Positions 1 to 15,000 are shown, counted from the first letter of the stretch. The stretch is DNA of 64,000 nt from Eledone cirrhosa (GCA_964016885.1 OZ024741.1:185318001-185382000), one strand, 5' to 3'. A program made the numbers and translations. The notes: a model not told the origin generated them from the sequence alone.

Positions 1-287
1 TATAGTTACGATGTATTATCATCACCTATAAATGATCGTAAAGCAGTGAAGTATATTTCTAATGACTTGATTTTTTATTTCATTGTTTTAACTTATATAT
101 ACATATAATACATTAACAGAGAAAGCTTTAAGCGATACTCTGACCAACTCCATCTCACTCAACAAACATTAGGATATACCTAAGTATAATCCCAATTTAG
201 TGTTTGGGGTGCTAACTATACAGTATTCTGTGGATAGCTGGTTGTATTATTTTATATGAGACATAATTATATAAATCTCTCTTTCCT

Positions 288-408
288 TGCATACGATCGT
301 TTCGTCATAAGATTTCTACAATTTGGGATAAATAATGTCCAGGTTATGTAGAAACTTGTATATAATCCATAGATAAAAAAAAGCGGGCCTTTATAACTCA
401 TCAGTGGA
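288..408 (-). ncRNA. Type I hammerhead ribozyme motif with long stem II insertion
   Basis: Minus strand: tcca-CTGATGA-gttataa...ttatgac-GAAA-cgatcg-TA-tgca. Intact core, 7-bp stem II base enclosing a tttctaca/tgtagaaa hairpin, palindromic stem III, stem I with one mismatch. Confidence 0.7.
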
Positions 409-782
409 TGCCCATTTAACATCGATATAAAAAACTACATCGATATTAATACATTAGTGATGGTCTCCGTCAGTGCTAAAAGGACAGCTAGATTCGAAAA
501 GCCAGTAGTCCCTTCAAAAAGAAAATTCACACTGTCCCCAAAAGGGAAGGGGAGGTCATCGTAAAATATAAAATAATATACACGCTGGTCATTGAAGCCT
601 GTTAGGTATTTTAACCACGTTTTTAAGAACTCTATTGGATATTAAAAAAATAAATATATGTATGTACCATCAATACACACATAGAGATATTAAAAAATAA
701 TAATAAATATATGTACGCACTATCTATCCACACATATAGGTATTTTCTCAGGCAAAAATATCAGATAGAGGAAAAAGCAATC

Positions 783-866
783 AATATTTCACATAAAGAG
801 TAATGCACTGGGTAATTGCTGGCCTTGTGCCTAAAGTAGAGACAAATATTTCACATAAAGAGTAAT
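783..866 (+). mobile_element. Severely 5'-truncated SINE tail with 22-bp target-site duplication
   Basis: gcactgggtaattgctggccttgtgcctaaagtaga matches the SINE 3' ends at 33230-33300 and (reverse) 59044-59095. It is flanked by direct aatatttcacataaagagtaat at 783-804 and 845-866. Confidence 0.75.
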
Positions 867-879
867 ATATATATATATA

Positions 880-992
880 TGTGTGAATGAAGTGATTCCG
901 TCGGAAAGGTCCAGGAAAAAAGAGTGCTCTATGTAGGTTACAGAGCTTAATAGTTATGTAATAAACAACATTTGTTGTTTATTACATAACTA
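880..992 (-). mobile_element. 3'-terminal fragment of the HHR-bearing element at 50.9-53.2 kb, ending in a foldback
   Basis: Reverse complement matches 53065-53165 (agctctgt...tacatagagcactcttttttcctggac...ggaattacttcatt). Hairpin tagttatgtaataaacaaca/tgttgtttattacataacta at ~951-992. Confidence 0.75.
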
Positions 993-1374
993 TATATATA
1001 TATATATAGTTAGGGAAGCAGAAAATTGCTTATTGTGATCCAGTTCGTGGTTAAGAAAGCCAGTTTCATTGATGGTTTCAACGTACGGTTTGTAAGAATT
1101 CCGTTCAATCTTGGAGTATAAAGTATAAAAGAGAACAAACAGGTAAGCATTAAGAGAAGGGTTTTATCCAGGTATTTATGACCGTTTCATTGGTAAGTGC
1201 AACCTTATATTGCTATACTGCAAATAGCAGCCACTCAATTTTAATTGTTGTTCACGTCCAAATTTTCAAAATAGTGAGTAAGTTATTCTTGAAATAGTTC
1301 TTAATATATAGAGAAAAACATTTTTTAGGAATTGTATTTACTAGTATAGATTTACTAGTAAAGTTGCCCATGAC

Positions 1375-1833
1375 AAGAATTGTAACTACCACCTACCTGA
1401 AACCTGTCCATTACATAATGAATGTATGCAGTCTAACCTGGTTTACCAATGCACAGTGGAATCAGACAACCAGAAATGGTATTACATCGGAGCGACTGGG
1501 AATACATTTAAAGCCCGTTGGTATACACACCGTTACGCAATGAAACATTCCCAGCATCGTTATGTAACTACCCTTGCAAACAAGACCTGGCAACTGAGGG
1601 AAAGTAACCATCAATACACCCCGAAGTGGAAAAAATTATCGAACGCGCCTCCATATCGGAGTGGTATGAGAAGCTGTCGATTATGTGACCTTAAGCTGTT
1701 CCACATTTTGAGTTCGAAGAATAAGTTACTCAACAATAAAATCGAAAGATCAATTTATTGTAACCATAGACTCAAAGAAAAGTTTTCGCACTACAAGTGC
1801 AAATCGAACCCTTACCCTCTTACTACCAACTGA
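1375..1833 (+). pseudogene. PLE GIY-YIG endonuclease C-terminal fragment (Naiad-like type inferred)
   Basis: KNCNY..CPLHNECMQSNLVYQCTV...YYIGATGNTFKARWYTH...CRLCDLK...LLN. No upstream RT. Confidence 0.85.
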
Positions 1834-2391
1834 CACACTGCATATACTTAGACTTTATACCCTCTTATTGTATATAAACCATTTTAATTACACACAAAAA
1901 CCAATACCTGTATCCCTCCCTTCTCCTTCATTCCTCTTCTATTCGTTTTCTTCCTTCCTTCCTTCCCTCCCCTTTTTGGTTATCTTTTCTTCTTTCTCCC
2001 CCCTTCTATGCTTTTATTTTTGTCATTATTATCTTTATCTTTATTTTTTATATATATATTTATCTCTTTATATCTCCCCCTCTCTCTCTCTCTCTCTATC
2101 CCTCCCTCCCACTATGACCAATTTAATTCTCTTTAACTCACTACATTCCACGACATGAAGTCTACATATCAAAACTGATCAAGGAATCCTTCCACCTCTA
2201 CCCCTCCCTCCATCTCAGTTTGTCACTCTACTTCCTAACTCTTCTCCCCCTTCCTCTCTCTCTCTATACTATTCCGTTTGTCCCCTCACCTTCTAATTAC
2301 TCTTCCTCTCTCTCTCTATACTAGTAAATACAATTACAAAAAAATGTTTTTCTCTATATATTAAGAACTATTTCAAGAGTAACTTACTCAC

Positions 2392-2492
2392 TATTTTGAA
2401 AATTTGGACGTGAACAACAATTATAATTGAGTGGCTGCTATTTGCAGTATAGCAATATAAGGTTGCATTTACCAATGAAACGGTCGTAAATA
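2392..2492 (+). ncRNA. Degenerate HHR in PLE pseudo-LTR (inverted copy at 1173-1273)
   Basis: tatt-TTGAAAA-tttgg...ccaat-GAAA-cggtcg-TA-aata. Core differs from CUGANGA at two positions; stem II is extended. Confidence 0.5.
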
Positions 2493-2539
2493 CCTGGATA
2501 AAATCCTTCTCTTAATGCTTACCTGTGTTTTCTCTTTTA

Positions 2540-2584
<45 letters not shown>

Positions 2585-4127
2585 GAGAGAGAGAGAGAGA
2601 GAGCGAGAGCGCGCGAGAGAGAGAGAGAGAGAGCGAGAGAGCGAGAGAGAGAGTGAGAGAGAGAGGAGGAAATTGTATAACCTTTATGTGTAGATATTGA
2701 TCATGCAAGCATCTAATATATATTTAGTTGTAGGACATCCTCTTGGCGTATTATGATATCATTTGTTAGGCTTTTGTATGTTTCGTTAAACGTATATGTC
2801 TTCATGTGTGTTTATGTTACGTCTTTTTACATCCTGGAAATTAACATGACAGCACAGAGAGATTGATGAAATAAGTTCTAGTCTGAAAAACTTGCTAGAG
2901 ACGATATGCTCTACTAAATTTTGTAGGCGGTGCCCAAGCATGACCGTAGTCCAATGAGAGAAACCAGTGAAATATTCTTACAATTGTTGCTATAGACAAA
3001 CCAATATCCAGAGATGTGATACAAAAAAAAAAATGACTATGTTGCATATCCCATCCACACTCTAACACTCTTGTTGACGTCACCGTCACGTGTTGATATT
3101 CAGAACTTTAGATAGATAGGTAGAGAGATACACAACTTTTCTTCCTTTATTTTCTCTTCTTTCTCTTTCACCCTCTATATATCATTCTCTTTCAATCTAT
3201 TGATCCATTTCTGATCCCACATTCTTTATTAGTAGACTCTGTCTGTCTCAATGATTCATTCAATTTCCTCCTACACACTCGTACAGCTTTCTCTCATTCT
3301 CTCATTCTCTCATTCTATCCTTCCATTAAAAAAAAATGGGGAATAAATGACAGTAAAAATCATCTAACGTATTTATGTATGTGTGTCTCTAACTGACACA
3401 CTCTTTTTCCTTCTTTCACTCTTTTTCCTCCTCAACACCCCTCTCCTTTGTCTACACGTTGGTCTACAGTCCTTATTATTCTCTTCTGATTTACTATTTC
3501 CCTCCTCTCTATATTTTTCTCCTTCGGCCATCAGTGTAGTCTGATGGCTATTAACTCTGACGTCTCCACGATAAGCCTTATGGTGAGCGGTCGATACTTC
3601 ATCACCTTGCTATGTTCGGTTTGACGAGTAACAAAACCTATGTCTGTCACAGAATGCATCAGGTTGCCGCTACAGAATATGGCCCCGTATACTGCGTCAC
3701 ATTTGAAGATCTCATCACCACGGATCGGGAGGATCCTCGAGATATAACGGGATCATAATGTTATTGGAAGAACATGTAATTAAATATAGGATTAAATATA
3801 GGATGTTACATTACATCATAAATATTACGAGTCGATTATAATTTTTAATGAGGCAGAATTTATAAACGCAATGCATATTTTGTTCTTAAGCTGAAAACAC
3901 CTCAGAAATTACTGTTATAACAACGAATTCACATCTTTTCCTACCACAAACTAACATTAAGTGTATTTTCACGGCCAGTACTCAACAAAACATGTTGTAA
4001 AACACAATAAATGATCACAGTACGACAGTAAAGAATTACATTCTACTCGCATATTGAGTAGCTATTTTGTTTGTAAATTGAATAACAGACGAATACATAA
4101 ACAGCGACTCACTCACAGACACACACG

Positions 4128-4290
<163 letters not shown>

Positions 4291-4321
4291 GAGAGAGTGT
4301 GTGATCATTACAACAGCAGTG

Positions 4322-4409
4322 GATAGAGGAGCTTTTGATTCCAGTGTCTGGCCAGATCGATGCAGATCGAACCTTGAGCTGATCAAAAGCGAAACGCGCG
4401 TCACCTATC
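4322..4409 (+). ncRNA. HHR remnant with apparent 5-nt deletion across stem I and core
   Basis: gatag[gtctg missing]AGGA-gcttttgat...atcaaaagc-GAAA-cgcgcg-TC-acctatc, then AATAAA. Perfect 9-bp stem II base, palindromic stem III. Confidence 0.6.
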
Positions 4410-4444
4410 AATAAACGTAATGGAGGCTTAACAAATCGTCCTTG

Positions 4445-4483
<39 letters not shown>

Positions 4484-4634
4484 ATTCCGGGTTGAATCGG
4501 AGGTAACCACAGTAAGTAAGGTACTCAATACATAGCAGAGTATAAAAGTTTTAATATAGATGAGATTCTGTTTCATTCTTTAGAGATCTGTTTCATTCTT
4601 TAGAGATCATCAGGAATGTGATGATTTCTAAAGA

Positions 4635-4681
4635 ATTCCTGATGAGTTCTAAAGAATGAAATAGTTCTAGTCCAGTAGAAT
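4635..4681 (+). ncRNA. HHR-like motif inside a ~130-bp imperfect foldback (4558-4688)
   Basis: attc-CTGATGA-gttctaaagaat-GAAA-tagttctagtccag-TA-gaat. An inverted partial copy with CTGATGA lies on the minus strand at ~4561-4617. Stem III pairs poorly. Confidence 0.5.
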
Positions 4682-4685
4682 CTCA

Positions 4686-4742
<57 letters not shown>

Positions 4743-5514
4743 GGTGAGTAATATGTAGAACAATAAAACTATGCATATATCATATAAGTAGCACTCAACA
4801 GTTGGAAGAACTGGAGTATATATAATAAAGATAAAATAAAAGATGGTTATAAGAGTTCCCATATATTTTATTATACGTATTTCGAATACAAAATCATCCT
4901 GGGACAGATATTGTGTTGTTCACTTTCTAAATATATATATATTTATTTGTATAATTAATATATATACATATACATATATATATGAAAATGTATGACCCCG
5001 ACAGCAGAGCTACATATATGGGTGTGTGTGGGGGGGGGGGAGGATGTTGTTGTTCTGTATGCGTGTGTGTGAATGTGTCAGTGTGTACATGTGTGTGTTT
5101 GCGTGTGCTTTTGTATGTATAATATATATATATATATATATGGTTTTGTGTTTTCTATTGCTCTGTCTCATTCTTTTTCATGCTCACCTTAATTTCAATA
5201 CCTCACTCATTCCACATTCCATTGCCTCCACCCATGTCTCTGTATCAACAGTCAGTTTTCCACATTCACATACACAGACGCACACATATACACACATATG
5301 CACACAAAGTACCTCTATTTATCTACATCTCTTTCTCGTTCTCTCGTTCTCCTTCTCACACCACCACAACCACTAAAACCAACACATCTCCGACTATAAC
5401 TACTATCCCCCACCACCATCATAATTACATCAGCCATAGCAACACTGTTCCAGTTGGTTCTAATTTTGGTCTACATGTATCAGTACAAATCCCTAATTCT
5501 GGTTGTTCTTCCTG

Positions 5515-5622
5515 CCACCATCACCACAGCAAGTATCACCACCACCACCACCACCACCAGCAGCACGTCACCACCGTCATCACCACGACTACCACCACTA
5601 CTACCACCACCACCACCACCAT

Positions 5623-5669
<47 letters not shown>

Positions 5670-5763
5670 GCATTATCACCACCACCACCATTACGACTAC
5701 TACTACTAATAGCATTAGCACCACCACTACCATTACTACTACTACTACTACTACTACTACTAT

Positions 5764-5827
<64 letters not shown>

Positions 5828-5851
5828 GTGACCATCACTACTGATACAACA

Positions 5852-5931
<80 letters not shown>

Positions 5932-5969
5932 TACCATTACCACCACTACTACTACTACCACAACCATTA

Positions 5970-6005
<36 letters not shown>

Positions 6006-6050
6006 TTACTACTAATACTTCTACTGCTACTACTACAACTACTACTTATT
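5515..6050. repeat. Compound (ACC)n/(ACT)n trinucleotide microsatellite
   Basis: Directly visible caccaccac / actactact runs. Confidence 0.95.
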
Positions 6051-6054
6051 CTAT

Positions 6055-9000
6055 GACTGTGTTGTTAATATTGCTGTTATTGTTGCTGTTGTTGTTGATA
6101 TTGCTGTTATTGTTGCTGTTGTTGTTGTTGATATAGCTGTTATTGTTGCTGTTGTTGTTGATATTGCTGTTATTGTTGCTGTTGTTGATATTGCTGTTAT
6201 TGTTGCTGTTGTTGATATTGCTGATATTGCTGTTATTGTTGCTGCTGTTGTTGATATTGCTGTTATTGTTGCTGTTGTTGATATTGCTGTTATTGTTGCT
6301 GTTGTTGATATTGCTGTTATTGTTGCTGTTGTTGTTGATATTGCTGTTATTGTTGCTGATGTTGATATTGTTGTTATTGTTGCTTTTGTTAATATTACTG
6401 TTATTGTTGCTGTTGTTGATATTGATGTTATTGTTGCTGTTATTGTTGATATTGCTGTTATTGTTGCTGTTGTTGATATTGCTGTTATTGTTGCTGTTGT
6501 TGATATTGCTGTTATTGTTGCTGTTATTGTTGATATTGCTGTTATTGTTGCTGTTGTTGATATTGCTGTTTTTTTGTTAATATTGCTGTTATTGTTGCTG
6601 TTGTTGATATTGCTGTTATTGTTGCTGTTGTTGATGTTGCTGTTATTGATGATGTTGTTGTTATTGCTGTTATTGTTGCTGTTGTTGTTGATATTGTTGT
6701 TATTGTTGCTGATGTTGATATTGTTGTTATTGTTGCTTTTGTTAATATTACTGTTATTGTTGCTGTTGTTGATATTGATGTTATTGTTGCTGTTATTGTT
6801 GATATTGCTGTTATTGTTGCTGTTCTTGATATTGCTGTTATTGTTGCTGTTGTTGATATTGATGTTATTGTTGCTGTTATTGTTGATATTGCTGTTATTG
6901 TTGCTGTGGTTGATATTACTGTTATTGTTGTGGTTGTTGATATTGCTGTTATTTTTGCTGTTATTGTTGATATTGCTGTTATTGTTGCTGTTCTTGATAT
7001 TGCTATTATTGTTGATATTCTTGATATTGCTGATATTGTTGCTGTTGTTGATATTGCTGTTATTGTTGACGTTGTTGATATTGCTGTTATTGTTGCTGTT
7101 TTCTTTTGATATTGATGTTATTGTTGATGTTGTTGTTGATATTGCTGTTATTGTTGCTGTTGTTGATATTGCTGTTATTGTTGCTGTTGTTGTTGATATT
7201 GATGTTATTGTTGATGTTGTTGTTGATATTGCTGTTATTGTTGCTGTTGTTGATATTGCTGTTATTGTTGCTGTTGTTGTTGATATTGCTGTTATTGTTG
7301 CTGTTGTTGATATTGCTGTTATTGTTGCTGTTGTTGTTGATATTGCTGTTATCGTTGTTGTTGTTGTTGATATTGTTGGTATTGTTGCTGTTGTTGTTGA
7401 TATTACTGTTATTGTTGCTGTTGTTGATATTGCTGTTATTATCGCTGTTATTGTTGAAATTGCTGTTATTGTTGCTGTTGTTGTTGATATTGTTGGTATT
7501 GTTGCTGTTGTTGTTGATATTACTGTTATTGTTGCTGTTGTTGATATTGCTGTTATTATCGCTGTTATTGTTGATATTGCTGTTATTGTTGCTGTTGTTG
7601 ATATTACTGTTATTGTTGTTGCCCATATTGCTGTTATTGTTGCTGTTGTTGATATTGCTGTTATTGTTGCTGTTGTTGATATTGCTGTTATTGTTGCTGT
7701 TATTGATATTGTTGTTATTGTTGCTGTTAATGTTGATATTGCTGTTATTGTTGCTGTTGTTGATATTGCTGTTATTGTTGCAGTTGTTGTTGATATAGCT
7801 GTTATTGTTGCTGTTGTTGTTGATATTGCTGTTATTGTTGCTGTTCTAGTTGATATTGTTGTTAATGTTGCTGTTGTTGATATTGCTGTTATTGTTGCTG
7901 TTGTTGATTTTGCTGTTTTTTGTTGATGTTGCTGTTGATATTGGCGTTATTGTTGCTGTTTTGATAGTGTTGTTATTGTTGCTAATATTGATATTGCTGT
8001 TATTGTTGTTGTTGTTATTATTGCTGTTATTGTTGCTGTTATTGATAATGCTCTTATTGTTGCTGTTGTTGTTGATATTGGTGTTATTGTTGCTGTTGTT
8101 GTTGATATTAGTGTTATTGTTGCTGTTGTTGATATTGCTGTTATTGTTGCTGTTGTTTTTGATATTGCTGTTATTGTTGCTGTTTTTGTTAATATTGTTG
8201 TTATTGTTGCTGTGTTTGATATTGTTGTTATTGTTGCTTTTGTTAATATTACTGTTATTGTTGCTGTTGTTGATATTGATGTTATTGTTGCTGTTATTGT
8301 AGATATTGCTGTTATTGTTGCTGTTGTTAATACTACTGTTATTGTTGCTGATGTTGATATTGCTGTTAGTTTTTCTGTTATTGTTGTTATTGCTGTTATT
8401 GTTGCTGTTGTTTATATTGCCGTTATTGTTGCTGTTCTTGATATTGCTGTTATTGTTGCTTTTCTTGATATTGCTGTTATTGTTGCTGTTCTTGATATTG
8501 ATGTTATTGTTGATGTTGTTGATATTGCTGTTATTGTTGCTGTTTTTTGTTTATATTGATGTTATTGTTGATGTTGTTGTTGATATTGTTGTTATTGTTG
8601 CTGTTGTTGATACTGCTGTTATTGTTGCTGTTGTTGTTGATATTGATGTTATTGTTGATGTTGTTGATATTGCTGTTATTGTTGCTGTTGTTGATATTAC
8701 TGTTATTGTTGCTGTTGTTGTTGATATTGTTGTTATTGTTGCTGTTGTTGTTGATATTACTGTTAATGTTGCTGTTGTTGCTGATATTGCTGTTATTGTT
8801 GTTGTTGTTAATATTGCTGTTATTGTGGCTGTTGTTAATGTTGCTGTTATTGTTGCTGTTGTTGATATTGCTGTTATTGTGGCTGTTGTGGATATTGTGA
8901 TTATTGATGCTGTTGTTGATATTGCTGTTTTGTTGCTGTTGTTGATATTGCTGTTATTGTTGCGTTTGTTGTTGATATTGCTTTTATTGTTGCTGTCGTT

Positions 9001-12000
9001 GATATTGCTGTTATTGTTGTTGTTGTTGTTAAATATGCTGTTATTGTTGATGTTGTTCATGTTGATGTTAATGTTGCTCTAGTTGATATTGCTGTTATTG
9101 TTGCTGTTGTTAATACTGCTGTTATTTTTGCTGTTGTTGATATTGCTGTTATTGTTGCTGTTTTTGAAATTGCTGTTATTGTTGCTGTTGTTGTTGATAT
9201 TACTATTATTATTGCTGTTGTTGATATTGCTGGTATTGTTGCTGTTATTGTTGATATTGCTGTTATTGTTGCTGTTGTTGCTGATATTGCTGTTATTGTT
9301 GTTGTTGTTAATATTGCTGTTATTGTGGCTGTTGTTAAAGTTGCTGTTATTGTTGCTGTTGTTGACATTGCTGTTATTGTGGCTGTTGTGGATATTGGGG
9401 TTATTGATGCTGTTGTTGATATTGCTGTTATTGTTGCTGTTGTTGATATTGGTGTTATTGTTTTTGTTATTGTTAATAATGCTGTTATTGTTACTGTTGT
9501 TGATGACATTGCTGTTATTGTTGCTGTTGTTGATATTGCTGTTATTGTTGCTGTTGTTGATATTGCTGTTATTGTTGCTGTTGTTGATATTGCTGTTATT
9601 GTTGATGTTGTTGATATTGCTGTTATTGTTGCTGTTGTTGAAATTGCTGTTATTGTTGCTGTTGTTGTTGATATTGATGTTATTGTTGATGTTGTTGATA
9701 TTGCTGTTATTGTTGCTGTTGTTGAAATTGCTGTTATTGTTGCTGTTGTTGTTGATATTGTTGTTATTGTTGCTGTTGTTGTTGATATTAGTTATTGTTG
9801 CTGTTGTTGATATTGCTGTTATTGATGCTGTTATTGTTGATATTGCTGTTATTGTTGTTGTTGTTAATATTGCTGTTATTGTGGCTGTTGTTAATTTTGC
9901 TGTTCTTGATATTGCTGTTATTGTTGCTGTTGTTGATGACATTGCTCTTATTGTTGCTGTTGTTGATATTGCTGTTATTGTTGCTGTTGTTGATATTGCT
10001 GTTATTGTTGCTGTTGTTGATATTGCTGTTATTGTTGCAGTAGTTGATATTGCTGTTATTGTTGCTGTTGTGTTGATATTGCTGTTACTGTTGCTGTAGT
10101 TGATATTGTTGTTATTGATGTTGCTGTTGATATTGATGTTATTGTTGCTGTTGTTGATATTGCTGTTATTGTTGCTGTTGTGTTGATATTGCTGTTACTG
10201 TTACTGATGTTGATGTTGCTGTTATTGATGCTGTTGTTGATATTGCTGTTATTTTTTATGTTGGTGTTGCTATTGCTGTTATTGTTGCTGTTATTTTTGA
10301 TATTGCTGTTGTTGATATTGTTGTTTTTGATATTGTTGTTTTTGTGGCTGTTGTTCATATTGAAGTTATTGATGCTGTTGTTGATATTGCTGTTATTGCT
10401 GTTATTGTTGCTGTTATTGATATTGTTGTTATTGTTGCTGTTATTGTTGCTGTTATTGATATTGTTGTTATTGTTGCTGTTATTGTTGCTGTTATTGTTG
10501 ATATTGCTGTTACAGTTGCTGTTGTTGATATTGCTGTTATTGTTGCAGTTGTTGTTGTTGATATAGCTGTTATTGTTGCTGTTGTTGTTGATGTTGCTGT
10601 TCTAGTTGATATTGTTGTTATTGTTGATGTTGTTGCTATTGCTATTTTTTGTTGATGTTGCTGTTGATATTGGTGTTATTGTTGCTGTTGTTGATATTGC
10701 TGTTATTGTTGCTGTTGTTGATATTGCTGTTATTGTTGCTGTTGTTGTTGATATTGCTGTTATTGTTGCTGATGTTGATATTGTTGTTATTGTTGCTTTT
10801 GTTAATATTACTGTTATTGTTGCTGTTGTTGATATTGATGTTATTGTTGCTGTTATTGTTGATATTGCTGTTATTGTTGCTGTTGTTGATATTGCTGTTA
10901 TTGTTGCTGTTGTTGATATTGCTGTTATTGTTGCTGTTATTGTTGATATTGCTGTTATTGTTGCTGTTGTTGATATTGCTGTTTTTTTGTTAATATTGCT
11001 GTTATTGTTGCTGTTGTTGATATTGCTGTTATTGTTGCTGTTGTTGATGTTGCTGTTATTGATGATGTTGTTGTTATTGCTGTTATTGTTGCTGTTGTTG
11101 TTGATATTGTTGTTATTGTTGCTGATGTTGATATTGTTGTTATTGTTGCTTTTGTTAATATTACTGTTATTGTTGCTGTTGTTGATATTGATGTTATTGT
11201 TGCTGTTATTGTTGATATTGCTGTTATTGTTGCTGTTCTTGATATTGCTGTTATTGTTGCTGTTGTTGATATTGATGTTATTGTTGCTGTTATTGTTGAT
11301 ATTGCTGTTATTGTTGCTGTGGTTGATATTACTGTTATTGTTGTGGTTGTTGATATTGCTGTTATTTTTGCTGTTATTGTTGATATTGCTGTTATTGTTG
11401 CTGTTCTTGATATTGCTATTATTGTTGATATTCTTGATATTGCTGATATTGTTGCTGTTGTTGATATTGCTGTTATTGTTGACGTTGTTGATATTGCTGT
11501 TATTGTTGCTGTTTTCTTTTGATATTGATGTTATTGTTGATGTTGTTGTTGATATTGCTGTTATTGTTGCTGTTGTTGATATTGCTGTTATTGTTGCTGT
11601 TGTTGTTGATATTGATGTTATTGTTGATGTTGTTGTTGATATTGCTGTTATTGTTGCTGTTGTTGATATTGCTGTTATTGTTGCTGTTGTTGTTGATATT
11701 GCTGTTATTGTTGCTGTTGTTGATATTGCTGTTATTGTTGCTGTTGTTGTTGATATTGCTGTTATCGTTGTTGTTGTTGTTGATATTGTTGGTATTGTTG
11801 CTGTTGTTGTTGATATTACTGTTATTGTTGCTGTTGTTGATATTGCTGTTATTATCGCTGTTATTGTTGAAATTGCTGTTATTGTTGCTGTTGTTGTTGA
11901 TATTGTTGGTATTGTTGCTGTTGTTGTTGATATTACTGTTATTGTTGCTGTTGTTGATATTGCTGTTATTATCGCTGTTATTGTTGATATTGCTGTTATT

Positions 12001-15000
12001 GTTGCTGTTGTTGATATTACTGTTATTGTTGTTGCCCATATTGCTGTTATTGTTGCTGTTGTTGATATTGCTGTTATTGTTGCTGTTGTTGATATTGCTG
12101 TTATTGTTGCTGTTATTGATATTGTTGTTATTGTTGCTGTTAATGATGATATTGCTGTTATTGTTGCTGTTGTTGATATTGCTGTTATTGTTGCAGTTGT
12201 TGTTGATATAGCTGTTATTGTTGCTGTTGTTGTTGATATTGCTGTTATTGTTGCTGTTCTAGTTGATATTGTTGTTAATGTTGCTGTTGTTGATATTGCT
12301 GTTATTGTTGCTGTTGTTGATTTTGCTGTTTTTTGTTGATGTTGCTGTTGATATTGGCGTTATTGTTGCTGTTTTGATAGTGTTGTTATTGTTGCTAATA
12401 TTGATATTGCTGTTATTGTTGTTGTTGTTATTATTGCTGTTATTGTTGCTGTTATTGATAATGCTCTTATTGTTGCTGTTGTTGTTGATATTGGTGTTAT
12501 TGTTGCTGTTGTTGTTGATATTAGTGTTATTGTTGCTGTTGTTGATATTGCTGTTATTGTTGCTGTTGTTTTTGATATTGCTGTTATTGTTGCTGTTTTT
12601 GTTAATATTGTTGTTATTGTTGCTGTGTTTGATATTGTTGTTATTGTTGCTTTTGTTAATATTACTGTTATTGTTGCTGTTGTTGATATTGATGTTATTG
12701 TTGCTGTTATTGTAGATATTGCTGTTATTGTTGCTGTTGTTAATACTACTGTTATTGTTGCTGATGTTGATATTGCTGTTAGTTTTTCTGTTATTGTTGT
12801 TATTGCTGTTATTGTTGCTGTTGTTTATATTGCCGTTATTGTTGCTGTTCTTGATATTGCTGTTATTGTTGCTTTTCTTGATATTGCTGTTATTGTTGCT
12901 GTTCTTGATATTGATGTTATTGTTGATGTTGTTGATATTGCTGTTATTGTTGCTGTTTTTTGTTTATATTGATGTTATTGTTGATGTTGTTGTTGATATT
13001 GTTGTTATTGTTGCTGTTGTTGATACTGCTGTTATTGTTGCTGTTGTTGTTGATATTGATGTTATTGTTGATGTTGTTGATATTGCTGTTATTGTTGCTG
13101 TTGTTGATATTACTGTTATTGTTGCTGTTGTTGTTGATATTGTTGTTATTGTTGCTGTTGTTGTTGATATTACTGTTAATGTTGCTGTTGTTGCTGATAT
13201 TGCTGTTATTGTTGTTGTTGTTAATATTGCTGTTATTGTGGCTGTTGTTAATGTTGCTGTTATTGTTGCTGTTGTTGATATTGCTGTTATTGTGGCTGTT
13301 GTGGATATTGTGATTATTGATGCTGTTGTTGATATTGCTGTTTTGTTGCTGTTGTTGATATTGCTGTTATTGTTGCGTTTGTTGTTGATATTGCTTTTAT
13401 TGTTGCTGTCGTTGATATTGCTGTTATTGTTGTTGTTGTTGTTAAATATGCTGTTATTGTTGATGTTGTTCATGTTGATGTTAATGTTGCTCTAGTTGAT
13501 ATTGCTGTTATTGTTGCTGTTGTTAATACTGCTGTTATTTTTGCTGTTGTTGATATTGCTGTTATTGTTGCTGTTTTTGAAATTGCTGTTATTGTTGCTG
13601 TTGTTGTTGATATTACTATTATTATTGCTGTTGTTGATATTGCTGGTATTGTTGCTGTTATTGTTGATATTGCTGTTATTGTTGCTGTTGTTGCTGATAT
13701 TGCTGTTATTGTTGTTGTTGTTAATATTGCTGTTATTGTGGCTGTTGTTAAAGTTGCTGTTATTGTTGCTGTTGTTGACATTGCTGTTATTGTGGCTGTT
13801 GTGGATATTGGGGTTATTGATGCTGTTGTTGATATTGCTGTTATTGTTGCTGTTGTTGATATTGGTGTTATTGTTTTTGTTATTGTTAATAATGCTGTTA
13901 TTGTTACTGTTGTTGATGACATTGCTGTTATTGTTGCTGTTGTTGATATTGCTGTTATTGTTGCTGTTGTTGATATTGCTGTTATTGTTGCTGTTGTTGA
14001 TATTGCTGTTATTGTTGATGTTGTTGATATTGCTGTTATTGTTGCTGTTGTTGAAATTGCTGTTATTGTTGCTGTTGTTGTTGATATTGATGTTATTGTT
14101 GATGTTGTTGATATTGCTGTTATTGTTGCTGTTGTTGAAATTGCTGTTATTGTTGCTGTTGTTGTTGATATTGTTGTTATTGTTGCTGTTGTTGTTGATA
14201 TTAGTTATTGTTGCTGTTGTTGATATTGCTGTTATTGATGCTGTTATTGTTGATATTGCTGTTATTGTTGTTGTTGTTAATATTGCTGTTATTGTGGCTG
14301 TTGTTAATTTTGCTGTTCTTGATATTGCTGTTATTGTTGCTGTTGTTGATGACATTGCTCTTATTGTTGCTGTTGTTGATATTGCTGTTATTGTTGCTGT
14401 TGTTGATATTGCTGTTATTGTTGCTGTTGTTGATATTGCTGTTATTGTTGCAGTAGTTGATATTGCTGTTATTGTTGCTGTTGTGTTGATATTGCTGTTA
14501 CTGTTGCTGTAGTTGATATTGTTGTTATTGATGTTGCTGTTGATATTGATGTTATTGTTGCTGTTGTTGATATTGCTGTTATTGTTGCTGTTGTGTTGAT
14601 ATTGCTGTTACTGTTACTGATGTTGATGTTGCTGTTATTGATGCTGTTGTTGATATTGCTGTTATTTTTTATGTTGGTGTTGCTATTGCTGTTATTGTTG
14701 CTGTTATTTTTGATATTGCTGTTGTTGATATTGTTGTTTTTGATATTGTTGTTTTTGTGGCTGTTGTTCATATTGAAGTTATTGATGCTGTTGTTGATAT
14801 TGCTGTTATTGCTGTTATTGTTGCTGTTATTGATATTGTTGTTATTGTTGCTGTTATTGTTGCTGTTATTGATATTGTTGTTATTGTTGCTGTTATTGTT
14901 GCTGTTATTGTTGATATTGCTGTTACAGTTGCTGTTGTTGATATTGCTGTTATTGTTGCAGTTGTTGTTGTTGATATAGCTGTTATTGTTGCTGTTGTTG

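Larger units (their letters stand above)
1122..2543 (+). mobile_element. 5'-truncated Penelope-like element with inverted pseudo-LTR
   Basis: ~230-bp inverted repeats (1122-1350 and 2315-2543) enclose a GIY-YIG coding remnant. The repeat carries a degenerate HHR, and the element ends in (TA)n. Confidence 0.85.

Noticed and set aside
3540-3745. GC-richer stretch with a ~67-codon open frame on the minus strand
   Set aside because: No recognisable motif or splice context.
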